IMG/VR virus record: IMGVR_UViG_2872152978_000002
Direction: 5' to 3' (one strand)
Length of the DNA stretch: 35,535 nt
DNA from: a virus
Lineage: Duplodnaviria; Heunggongvirae; Uroviricota; Caudoviricetes
The first letter of the stretch is position 1. The number at the start of each line of letters is the position of its first letter. The notes under the pieces were generated by a model. That model was not told the DNA's origin and searched no databases. It saw nothing but the letters and a program-made list of their open reading frames with translations. Of this stretch, positions 1 to 8,162 are shown one piece after another. Position numbers and translations under genes: made by a program.

Positions 1-34
1 TTAATTTCGATTATTTTTCCCGTATGGAAAATTC

Positions 35-84
35 TTAGAAACCGATCACATACAGCTGCATTTATTAAGGTTATCATCCGTTTC
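35..84 (+). promoter_or_regulatory. Putative cyaR promoter with CRP-like site
   Basis: TTAGA-N6-TCACA (35..50) resembles a CRP site (TGTGA-N6-TCACA); -10-like TATCAT at 72..77, about 7 bp upstream of the inferred cyaR 5' end. CyaR is known to be CRP-activated; exact positions are inference. Confidence 0.4.
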
Positions 85-171
85 GCTGAAAAACATAACC
101 CATAAAATGCTAGCTGTACCAGGAACCACCTCCTTAGCCTGTGTAATCTCCCTTACACGGGCTTATTTTTT
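85..171 (+). ncRNA. cyaR: CyaR (RyeE) small regulatory RNA
   Basis: Sequence GCTGAAAAACATAACCCATAAAATGCTAGC... matches my memory of E. coli CyaR. It ends in an intrinsic terminator (stem GCCTGTGTAA / TTACACGGGC, then a T-run) whose 3' half is the P2 att core. Confidence 0.8.
145..171. repeat. Prophage att core, ogr-proximal copy (27 bp)
   Basis: AATCTCCCTTACACGGGCTTATTTTTT is the reverse complement of the P2 attP core as I recall it; repeated at 34572..34599. Confidence 0.85.
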
Positions 172-235
172 ACGTACAACAAATTGAAATAAAAGGATTT
201 ATTTCTGGTCACGTCCACACATTGACCACATCGAC

Positions 236-262
236 AAAAAAAGCCCCTCGACTGAGGGGCTT
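236..262 (-). terminator. Intrinsic terminator downstream of ogr
   Basis: On the minus strand, GC-rich hairpin GCCCCTC-AGTC-GAGGGGC followed by TTTTTTT, immediately 3' of the ogr stop. Confidence 0.6.
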
Positions 263-273
263 CCTGTTTCTAA

Positions 274-492
274 TTACATCCACATAATTTGCTGCCCTGA
301 CGGCAACGGGTGCGGCCTTACTGCGTGGACTTCTCCCGGCTTCACGATGTATCTCTGTACCGACTCATAAGTGATGAACGTGGCGCTGCAATTCACGTTC
401 TGACACTGGTGATAACGCTCTTTTGTCGTGTCAGTGATATAGCGACTTGTACGCGCATGTGCGGCATGCTGGCATAAAGGACAATGAAACAT
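274..492 (-). CDS. ogr: Ogr late-gene transcription activator (C4 zinc finger), 72 aa
   Basis: Translation MFHCPLCQHAAHARTSRYITDTTKERYHQCQNVNC... matches P2 Ogr; start trimmed to the MFHC Met inside the 100-aa ORF in the track. Confidence 0.9.
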   Translation of the reverse strand: MFHCPLCQHAAHARTSRYITDTTKERYHQCQNVNCSATFITYESVQRYIVKPGEVHAVRPHPLPSGQQIMWM

Positions 493-572
493 CGCGAGCA
501 CCTCTTCCGGTTTTGTTGATGGTGCCATTTTAGTTAATTTACCCTTATAAAACAAACAGATAAAACAAAACA

Positions 573-1736
573 TCACTCATCATCTTCTGTTTCGTACTCC
601 ACATCAGAAAGCCTGACCTCAAGCTCTAAGGACGTCGTGAAGCCGCTATTATTCAGAAAATGTGTCACCTTAGTGATTGTCCAGTCCTGCTCGTCTATGA
701 CGCGCTTAAAGCCTGATACTTTGACCGGCGTTTCCGTGTAAATATCTGCCCGACCAGTAGCCAGACTGATGGAAAACTCCGCAACGCCCCGTTGCAGCTT
801 ATCCCACTTCGCCTGAGCGGCGCGCATGGCCTGCGCTTTCGTGGCATATACCGTGGTCAGGGCAAAAACGTTGTCAGCCTCACCTGCCATGTATTCACCT
901 TCGCGCGCTTCCGGTACTTTTGGCGTTTTCTTCTGCGTGACCGGTTTCGCTTTCGGGTGCTCCAGTGCGCGCAGGTGTTTCTCTTTCTTTTTGCGTTTCA
1001 GTTTTACCTTCTGCTTTTGTGGCTTCGGGTCTTTGGTGTGTAACCACTTTGCTGTTACGCCGGTATAGGCTCCACGGTCAGCAATCGCAAAATGATGGCG
1101 GTCGCCGTCGCTGCGGGTTATGGTGACCTGCGGGATTTTTTTACCACTGGCCGTCACCCCCTGCCCCGCTTTGAGAAACAACAGTTTTCCCATTTTTACC
1201 GAGACCTCACCGCCGTTGCGTTCTGCAAGACGGGTCAGGAATTTCGCATCAGACTCCTGCGACTGGTCGATGTGCGGGATTTTAATTCCGGCCAGTGACG
1301 GAGCGACACTGGCTTCCAGCCTGTTACGGGAGGCTATCGCCTCAACAATCGCACCGAGCGTGGTGTCATGCCAGGAGCCTTCACGGCGGGAATTGAGCGT
1401 CCCGCGGAAATCTGCACTCCGGGCGCGGATGGTGACCACATCCGGCGCGCCCCGGTGTTCAACCTCATCAACGGTGAATTTCCCTTTGCATACCAGGGCA
1501 AAACCTTTCCAGCCGATATACACCGTCAGGACAGCGCCACGAACCGGCAGCCCGACCTGCCCGTCGGCATCGTTCAGTTCAATATCAAGCTGGTCAGCCT
1601 CAAAGCCCCGGTTATCCGTCAGGGTCATGCTCATCAGACGGTCGCTGATATTGCCGGTAATATCCCTGCTGTCGAGCATCAGCATGTAATCCGGCGTCAG
1701 CGTACTACCTGCATCAAATGTCAGCGCGTCCAGCAT
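573..1736 (-). CDS. D: Tail protein D (late control/tail formation), 387 aa
   Basis: 387-aa ORF in the P2 gpD position (between U and ogr), same length as P2 D. Confidence 0.85.
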   Translation of the reverse strand: MLDALTFDAGSTLTPDYMLMLDSRDITGNISDRLMSMTLTDNRGFEADQLDIELNDADGQVGLPVRGAVLTVYIGWKGFALVCKGKFTVDEVEHRGAPDVVTIRARSADFRGTLNSRREGSWHDTTLGAIVEAIASRNRLEASVAPSLAGIKIPHIDQSQESDAKFLTRLAERNGGEVSVKMGKLLFLKAGQGVTASGKKIPQVTITRSDGDRHHFAIADRGAYTGVTAKWLHTKDPKPQKQKVKLKRKKKEKHLRALEHPKAKPVTQKKTPKVPEAREGEYMAGEADNVFALTTVYATKAQAMRAAQAKWDKLQRGVAEFSISLATGRADIYTETPVKVSGFKRVIDEQDWTITKVTHFLNNSGFTTSLELEVRLSDVEYETEDDE

Positions 1737-2215
1737 TATCCCGCCCCCGTCATACCCGTGAATTTAGTCGCCATACTGCCAGCCTTACCGATGAGCGATT
1801 CCGCCTGTTTACCGATATCGCCATAAAGCGCGGCCAGTGATTCATCCACGCGGGTGAGCGACAACGTAAAATCAATTTTCCGGGGTGTGCCGTCTGCAAA
1901 GAAAATACTCCCTGTTTCACTCACCCTGCTGATGACATACATGCCGTAAATCATGCCGGTGCCATCCAGCAACGGCCACGCCCGGCCTTCCTCTGCCATC
2001 AGCCTGAGCGTGGTCATCGTCAGCTTCCCGCCGGTCAGTTCGGGATAAAGCACGCCGGCAAGCGTCATGTTTTCCTCACCCACACCGAGAAACTGAAAGG
2101 CATCCCGTTTACCGATACGGGGATTTGACGGCCAGCGATAATCTGATTCGCGCTGCATGGTCTGGTGTGGCAGCGTCTGGCGCATAAAAACAAACATACC
2201 TAACGCGAGCATCAT
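1736..2215 (-). CDS. U: Tail protein U, 159 aa
   Basis: 159-aa ORF directly downstream of T, overlapping the D start; length and position as P2 gpU. Confidence 0.85.
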   Translation of the reverse strand: MMLALGMFVFMRQTLPHQTMQRESDYRWPSNPRIGKRDAFQFLGVGEENMTLAGVLYPELTGGKLTMTTLRLMAEEGRAWPLLDGTGMIYGMYVISRVSETGSIFFADGTPRKIDFTLSLTRVDESLAALYGDIGKQAESLIGKAGSMATKFTGMTGAG

Positions 2216-2229
2216 TTTTCGTCACCTCC

Positions 2230-4677
2230 TTAACCGTCATGCATCATGCTGGCACGGGCGCGCGCACGTTTATCCCGCTCGTATTTTTCGAGCGCATCCT
2301 GTAACTGGCGGTCAGGCTGTGTCCCCGGCGCAGTACCACCCGTCAGGCTGATGTGATATTCGTTTTTACTCTGGTCCACATAAGAGCGGCCAGCCGGTGC
2401 CGTAACCGGCTGATAAGCCTGATAGCCTGCATAAGAGCTGGTCGCCGGAATATAACCACCGGTGCCATACGTGGCGGCATTAGTCCTTGCGGCGGTCTGG
2501 TCAAGTGTGTCTGACTCTTTGTTAATAACACCGAGTTTTTCCAGTACCCAGTCAATACCACTGCGCAGTTTGTTGAACGCATTAAGCGGCAGCATCAACG
2601 CGTCAGCCAGTGCCTGCCCGAACATGACGCCCGTGTCACGGCAACGGTTCAGGGTGTCCTGTGTGGCTTTAACCGGGGCAATCAGGTTTTTAAACCACTG
2701 CCACGCGGCCTGTAACTTTTCGCCCAGCCAGTCAAACACCGGCTTAAGTGGCGTGAACAGTTCCCCCACCGGCGCAAATGCCGCTTTCAGCCCTTCCACC
2801 ACACCGCCAAAGAATGCGCTGACAGGCTCCCAGTATTTACGGATAAGCAACGCCCCGGCGACAATGGCGGCCACCACGGCCACAACCGGCCAGCTAATCG
2901 CTCCAATGGCGGTCATAACAGCACTGCCAACCGTCGTGAAGATTGCCCCCATTGCGCCTGCTGCCGCGATGATGGCATTGATGCCGGTGATAACCGGCCA
3001 GGCTACGAGGCCAATGGCACCGATGACACCAATCATTGCCAGTGCACCACCGACAATGATGCCGATGGTTGACGCCAGTGATTTGTTTTTCTGGATCCAG
3101 CCGTCGAGTTTTAACACATACTTTGTGGCCGTCTGCGTGAGCTTACGCAGTGCGCCTTCCTGCTGGTCAAACAGGTCAGTCCCCACCGCCTCATAAGCGG
3201 ACTGAAACTCCTTAAAGTCACCGCCGAGGTTGTCCTGCATGATATTTACCAGCTCTGCGGTCTTTCCGTCTGAGGCTTTAAACGCAGCGGTCAGTTTGTC
3301 CAGCTTTCCGGTTGAGGCGGCAGTCATCAGCACGGCGGCGGCTGAACTGGCCTCCTCCCCGAAAATGGTTTTCATGTATTCAGCCTGCTGGGCAGTACCG
3401 AGCCGGTTTTTCTCAAAACTGGCCTGCATTTCTTTCAGAATGGTAAATACTGGTCGGGTGTTTCCCTTACTGTCTGAGGTTTTCACACCAAGCTCTTTGA
3501 GTGCATCCCATGCTTTTCCCGTCGGTGCCTGCAGGCGGCTTAACACGGCACGGCTTCCCGTTCCCGCCATTGAGCCTGTGATTTTTGCATCATGCAGCGC
3601 CCCGACCATTGCGGCGGTTTCTTCAATGCTGACACCGGCATTTTTTGCCACAGGTGCGGCATAGGTCAGCGCATCGCTCATGCCGTCAAAATCGGCGGCG
3701 GTTTTGTTCATCGTCATGGAGAGAACATCCCCGATATGAGCGACCTTATCGTTTGAAAGCTGAAAGGCGGATTTCATCCCCATCAGCAGGGCGGCGTTTT
3801 CTTCCATCGTGCGACGGTTCGCCAGCGCCATATTCAGCGTGACCGGCGTTGCCGCCTGAATGGCATCAACATCCCCACCGGCTTTCGCAATAATAATCTG
3901 CGCACCAGCTGCATCATCTGCCGAGGCTGCGGTATTGTCGCCGAGCTGACGCGCCTGCTTGCGTAGTGCAGCCATTTCGGCGGAGTCTTTTACCACTCCG
4001 AGCACGGCCTGCAATTCTGAGTTTTTCTGCGCAAACTCATAACCGGGCATCAGCAGCTTAACTCCGGCCATCGTTCCCGCCGCCGCAATCCCCACACCGG
4101 CAGCGCCCACCGAGGCCATATTTCCGGCCAGTTCCTTTCCGGCCTGATAACGCTGTTTTACTGCGTTAAGTTTTGCCTGTTGTGCACTGACACGCGCCAG
4201 CGCGTCGCGCTGACGGTTAAGCTGTGCGGTGGTTTCACTGATACGGTTTTTCAGTCCCTGCTCATCATGTGCAAGATTGCGGGTATTAATTCCCACAGCG
4301 GCCAGTTCCCGCTGCTGGCGTTTAACGGAATCTGTCAGGCGGTTATATTTCGCCTGTAAGTCCTCCGCCGCACGCTTTGCGGATTCCAGCACTTTCGCCT
4401 GAGCACGGGTCGGACGTTCGGTGTTTTTAAACTGTGTGGCAAGGGCTTCGGCCTCCTGCCGTGCCTTTTCAAGTGCATGACCAGTCACGGCGAGCTGTGC
4501 ACTGGTCTTGCGGAATCCCTCAATACGGGATGCCTGACCGTTCAGCTCGCGCAGTGATTTTTGTGTTTCCCGGATATCCCCCGACAGCGATTTGCTCGCT
4601 GTGCGGATGGATTTAAACGGGCGGGATGCCTGGTCAACAGCCCTGAGCAATACCTGTAATTTTACATTGTTACTCAT
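2230..4677 (-). CDS. T: Tail tape measure protein T, 815 aa
   Basis: 815-aa Ala/Gly-rich coiled-coil protein with a hydrophobic central segment, directly downstream of E/E'; same length as P2 gpT. Confidence 0.9.
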   Translation of the reverse strand: MSNNVKLQVLLRAVDQASRPFKSIRTASKSLSGDIRETQKSLRELNGQASRIEGFRKTSAQLAVTGHALEKARQEAEALATQFKNTERPTRAQAKVLESAKRAAEDLQAKYNRLTDSVKRQQRELAAVGINTRNLAHDEQGLKNRISETTAQLNRQRDALARVSAQQAKLNAVKQRYQAGKELAGNMASVGAAGVGIAAAGTMAGVKLLMPGYEFAQKNSELQAVLGVVKDSAEMAALRKQARQLGDNTAASADDAAGAQIIIAKAGGDVDAIQAATPVTLNMALANRRTMEENAALLMGMKSAFQLSNDKVAHIGDVLSMTMNKTAADFDGMSDALTYAAPVAKNAGVSIEETAAMVGALHDAKITGSMAGTGSRAVLSRLQAPTGKAWDALKELGVKTSDSKGNTRPVFTILKEMQASFEKNRLGTAQQAEYMKTIFGEEASSAAAVLMTAASTGKLDKLTAAFKASDGKTAELVNIMQDNLGGDFKEFQSAYEAVGTDLFDQQEGALRKLTQTATKYVLKLDGWIQKNKSLASTIGIIVGGALAMIGVIGAIGLVAWPVITGINAIIAAAGAMGAIFTTVGSAVMTAIGAISWPVVAVVAAIVAGALLIRKYWEPVSAFFGGVVEGLKAAFAPVGELFTPLKPVFDWLGEKLQAAWQWFKNLIAPVKATQDTLNRCRDTGVMFGQALADALMLPLNAFNKLRSGIDWVLEKLGVINKESDTLDQTAARTNAATYGTGGYIPATSSYAGYQAYQPVTAPAGRSYVDQSKNEYHISLTGGTAPGTQPDRQLQDALEKYERDKRARARASMMHDG

Positions 4678-5097
4678 TCGTGTTTCCGCTTCGCCGGAGC
4701 GCCTTTTCGCGCCATGTGATGAGTTCGGTCAGGCTCATGGGATACAGTTCTGATGGCGGCCAGTGAAATATCACTGCCACATCCGCCATCAGGTCATCGA
4801 CCGAGAGATTTTTCGGAAACGTCACTGCACCGAGTTCGGCGACAAAAAACCGACCACCTTACCGGCCAGCGCCACAAGGTCAGGCAGTTCCAGCGCGGCG
4901 ACTTCCTGCTCGGTCAGCATCGGTGCCGTCATGCGCGGCAGCACCTTAATCAGTGCATCGACTTCAGAGTTCGCGACCGCAGCCAGACTGACACCGCGCA
5001 GCGTCCCGGCACTGGGTTTCATCAGCGTGACCTGTTCGATGACCTGCTCACCACGCTTGACCGGATTGTCCAGGGTAATCACATTTTCTTTGTTCAT
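4670..5097 (-). CDS. E': Tail assembly chaperone E+E' (programmed -1 frameshift product)
   Basis: Slippery heptamer G-TTT-TTT-G on the minus strand (plus 4843..4849). The -1 frame continues ...GFFVAELGAVTFPKNLSVDDLMADVAVIFHWPPSELYPMSLTELITWREK..., matching P2 E+E', and stops at 4670, overlapping the T start. Confidence 0.65.
4822..5097 (-). CDS. E: Tail assembly chaperone E, 91 aa
   Basis: MNKENVITLDNPVKRGEQVIEQV... matches P2 gpE; ends ...VVGFLSPNSVQ. Confidence 0.88.
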   Translation of the reverse strand: MNKENVITLDNPVKRGEQVIEQVTLMKPSAGTLRGVSLAAVANSEVDALIKVLPRMTAPMLTEQEVAALELPDLVALAGKVVGFLSPNSVQ

Positions 5098-5154
5098 GGT
5101 TTTCTCACTTCTGAATCGGGGGTTAACCGGTCAGCCTGGCTGACCGGATGAAAA

Positions 5155-5673
5155 TCACAGGCCGATATTGCGGCGGTGTTGCTCCAGCCGGTCGACGCCG
5201 TTCACCTTCTCAATCATGTTGATGGTGTCGATTTCGACCAGCTCCTTACCGTCCATCGTCAGCCGGAAATAGGTGCAGACCACGGAGATTTTCGACTCGG
5301 TGTCTTCTCCCTGTTTACCCTCGCCGGTGTCGATTTCTTTCTGACGTCCACGCATGACCACCTCGACGGCCACCGTTTCGCCGGTATCGTCGCGCTGGTA
5401 AGAGCCTGCAAAACGAATCGGCACGGCATCCACACCGGTTGCGGCGTAAAGCTCCCAGATAACCGAATCCGGGAAGCCCCCGAGCGACCACTCCATTGAC
5501 AGCGCATCGTCATCAAGGCCGAGGTCTACCGGTGCGCTGCCGTTCATCCCCGCACCTCGATAGTTTTCGAGCTTACGGGTCAGTTTTGGCAGCGTGACGG
5601 ACTTTGCAACGCCCTGATAGCTGTAGCCGTTCAGAAAGACGTTCATTAACTTGAGTTTGCGCGGCATTGCCAT
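5155..5673 (-). CDS. FII: Tail tube protein FII, 172 aa
   Basis: 172-aa ORF between FI and E; P2 gpFII length and position. Confidence 0.88.
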   Translation of the reverse strand: MAMPRKLKLMNVFLNGYSYQGVAKSVTLPKLTRKLENYRGAGMNGSAPVDLGLDDDALSMEWSLGGFPDSVIWELYAATGVDAVPIRFAGSYQRDDTGETVAVEVVMRGRQKEIDTGEGKQGEDTESKISVVCTYFRLTMDGKELVEIDTINMIEKVNGVDRLEQHRRNIGL

Positions 5674-5685
5674 CGGTCAGGCTCC

Positions 5686-6876
5686 TTAATTGCTGTTAAC
5701 CGAGGTGACCAGATTTGCCAGGTATTTATCGGTGATACGCTGGCGCAGGGTCAGGTTTTCAAGAGGAGGCACCGGGGTATAGTCGTAGTCGATATACAGT
5801 TTTCCGGCCTTGAGGGTTTCCGCATCGTTGGATTCTTCGCTAAACCAGCAGGTCGCATCCACGATATAGCCGTTTGTTTTCAGCTCACGGAATTTGGCAT
5901 TGATGCCGTCAACGATGTCACGAATCAGCGTTGCGGTGATGGGCTTGTCCACCGCCCACATGTGCGCCTCAGCCATCGTGTCGGCCAGTACCTGTGCGGT
6001 GCGGGTGTAGTTTTCAAAGAGGAACAGCGGGTCATCAGAGCAGGTACGGTTACCCCAGAAGCGGAAACCGTCACGGCGAATCAGTGTTGTGACGCCTGAC
6101 TCGTTAAGCAGGTCAGCATCGGTGCCGGACTCCTGCAAATCCCAGAATACAGATGCGCTGATGCCGGTAACACCGTTCACCCCGACGTTGGACAGCGTTT
6201 TATGCCAGCCCTGCTCCTGGTCGATTTTGGCACGCAGACCCAGCGCACGGGCGGTAGCATACGCGGTGGCGGTGGTACTGGTGACCGTATCCCATGCGAG
6301 GAAATCCGGCCAGATGACCATCAGCTCACGCTGGCTGAAATTCTGGCGGTAAGCTTTCACCTCGGAAATGGTTTTACAGCCCCATGCGCTGATATACCCG
6401 AAAGCGCGCAACTTCTGACAGACTGATGCCAGTGCAACAGCCACCTCTTTGGTATCCAGTCCCGGTACGCCGAGAATACGCGGTTTAACACCGGTTACCG
6501 ACTCCGCCGCCAGCAGGGCTTTCAGTCCGGTGTACTGACCGTTTTCGTCGGTGGTGCCGATGATATTGGAAACGGTCTGCGCGAGTTTCGTTTCTTCGTC
6601 GTCGCCGGTGCCGTCTTCCACGCGCACAACAACGGTGACCGGTTTTGACTGGTCAGCGATGGCCTGCAACGATGCCGCCAGCGTGCCTTTTTTACCGGCC
6701 TTTGCAATTGCGCTCTGCACATTGGTAATCAGCACCGGTTTATTGAGGGGGAAGGTTTCCGCATCCGCATCGCTGGCCGTGCAGACCATGCCGACAATGG
6801 CGGTGGATACGGTTGAAATGACGCGGGTGCCGTCGTTAATCTCCAGCACCTGCACGCCGTGATGATAGTCACTCAT
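5686..6876 (-). CDS. FI: Contractile tail sheath protein FI, 396 aa
   Basis: 396-aa ORF, P2 gpFI length and position, first gene of the FI-FII-E-T-U-D block. Confidence 0.9.
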   Translation of the reverse strand: MSDYHHGVQVLEINDGTRVISTVSTAIVGMVCTASDADAETFPLNKPVLITNVQSAIAKAGKKGTLAASLQAIADQSKPVTVVVRVEDGTGDDEETKLAQTVSNIIGTTDENGQYTGLKALLAAESVTGVKPRILGVPGLDTKEVAVALASVCQKLRAFGYISAWGCKTISEVKAYRQNFSQRELMVIWPDFLAWDTVTSTTATAYATARALGLRAKIDQEQGWHKTLSNVGVNGVTGISASVFWDLQESGTDADLLNESGVTTLIRRDGFRFWGNRTCSDDPLFLFENYTRTAQVLADTMAEAHMWAVDKPITATLIRDIVDGINAKFRELKTNGYIVDATCWFSEESNDAETLKAGKLYIDYDYTPVPPLENLTLRQRITDKYLANLVTSVNSN

Positions 6877-6971
6877 CCGTTTAACTCCGTGGTTAATGGG
6901 TGCAACTATTTTCTGTTGTACAGAGCATGAGACGCTATTTGATCTGTCTGGTCAGTGGATGAAACAACAGA

Positions 6972-6999
6972 TACAGAAAAGGCGGGCAATTCGCCCGCC
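6972..6999 (-). terminator. Hairpin with T-run (minus strand) upstream of FI, left edge of the cargo island
   Basis: GGCGGGC-AATTC-GCCCGCC stem-loop at 6981..6999, followed on the minus strand by TTTTCTGT. Probably the backbone terminator that separates the tail-fibre operon region from the FI late promoter. Confidence 0.4.
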
Positions 7000-7063
7000 T
7001 GTCCTAGTTTGTACTCACTCATTTTCCGACTGACAATTTACATAGCCAAAACGCTATCAAATC

Positions 7064-7096
7064 TGACAGTCTGCTTTGAGCGAAAAGCAGACTGTC
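7064..7096. repeat. Perfect 14-bp-stem inverted repeat upstream of the HNH gene
   Basis: TGACAGTCTGCTTT-GAGCG-AAAGCAGACTGTCA; no clear T-run on either side, so it could be an operator or RNA structure rather than a terminator. A degenerate copy lies at 8077..8115. Confidence 0.7.
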
Positions 7097-7212
7097 ACGC
7101 GTTGAAGTTAATTGTATTACTTAGATAAACACTATCATTTTCCTGACGTTAAGTTGTATCTTTGATAGGATTAAAAAACGTATAGATAGCTTATGCTACT
7201 GAGGGAATAAAA

Positions 7213-8022
7213 ATGACGAAAATTAGTGAACGATGGAAGCACAATGGCATTACTGAAGGTTATTGCAATATTTGTGGGAAATATGGCTTGCTCACAAAAG
7301 ATCATGTTCCTCCAAAGTGCGCCATAACCTTAGGCCCTGTTTTGCAGAAAACAGTTAGCGAATTTTTTGGTATTCAGGAACCAGTTAAACCATTAAATGC
7401 TAAAAATGGCTCTTATTTCAGAACCATTTGCAGCCACTGTAACAATAAGGTATTAGGTGGGCTCGATGTTGCAATTGAAAATGTAACAAAGTCCTTTAAA
7501 GAACAGTTAAGTCGATATATGAATGGTATGAATGTATATCCATTCATTAGAATACCTTTTGATAGCATATCTTTCACTAAGGCTATGATTGGGCACGTGC
7601 TATCAGCAACTTCAGTTGAAGATTGTAAAAAAGAACCCGTAGATAGCCCCTTCTATACACCTTTAAAGGATTATGTTTTGGGTAAAAATTCAAGTTTTGA
7701 GGAAACTCATGATATTTACTACTGGTTTTACCCACACAGAATGCACATATCCGCTCAAAGTGTAGCATTTATGAACGAAGGACATGTGGCATTTATTTGT
7801 GCTTTACATTTTTTTCCTATCGGTTTTATTATCACAATGAAAAATGAAGGAACATACCCTGCCCACTCTACAAAATTAGAACTTGAAGATAAATTCCTTA
7901 CATTTAATATGACCTCTATAAATTATGAGTATACGACATTTCCATTTGTAAATCTTAAGGGAAACCAAATGTATGCGATAAGCAACGGTCATACTTGTGT
8001 GAGTTATCCAATAATTAAGTGA
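7213..8022 (+). CDS. HNH-motif nuclease-like protein with an unknown C-terminal domain, 269 aa
   Basis: N-terminus carries C-x2-C (CNIC), DHVPPK, a conserved Asn and C-x2-C-N-x-K (CSHCNNK), the spacing typical of zinc-bound HNH endonucleases. GAGGGA Shine-Dalgarno before the ATG. About 35% GC, unlike the P2 backbone. C-terminal ~190 aa has no motif I recognise. Confidence 0.75.
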   Translation: MTKISERWKHNGITEGYCNICGKYGLLTKDHVPPKCAITLGPVLQKTVSEFFGIQEPVKPLNAKNGSYFRTICSHCNNKVLGGLDVAIENVTKSFKEQLSRYMNGMNVYPFIRIPFDSISFTKAMIGHVLSATSVEDCKKEPVDSPFYTPLKDYVLGKNSSFEETHDIYYWFYPHRMHISAQSVAFMNEGHVAFICALHFFPIGFIITMKNEGTYPAHSTKLELEDKFLTFNMTSINYEYTTFPFVNLKGNQMYAISNGHTCVSYPIIK

Positions 8023-8162
8023 CGGCTAAATCATACAATCTACGCATGTTCACTTTCTACATATACCATCTATAATGTCCGCTGTTGGCACAAAGCAGAC
8101 GCCCACTCTCACGCGAATGCTTTGCCCTTGACTTGCCAACAACCGTATCGCTTGCTCCGCAA

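Noticed and set aside
1-171. A tRNA gene as the integration target
   Set aside because: No cloverleaf-forming tRNA-like sequence is present at either junction; the att core coincides with the CyaR sRNA terminator instead.
274-576. 100-aa extended ORF for ogr, and similar N-terminal extensions for X, L, O, P and yegR
   Set aside because: The longest-ORF starts in the track exceed the P2 protein lengths; internal Met codons that reproduce the P2 N-termini were used instead.
792-1826. Several plus-strand ORFs (792..1043, 826..1068, 1092..1298, 1120..1689, 1368..1826) inside gene D
   Set aside because: They lie antisense to or out of frame with a well-supported P2 structural gene, with no ribosome-binding sites; typical shadow ORFs of GC-rich coding sequence. 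The same applies to the many other nested ORFs in the track across T, FI, H, J, N, O, P, Q and A.
8049-8076. Perfect TATAAT with a weak TTCACT -35 on the plus strand between the convergent HNH and membrane protein genes
   Set aside because: It would drive transcription antisense to the membrane protein and transporter genes; in such AT-rich DNA a chance -10 match is likely.
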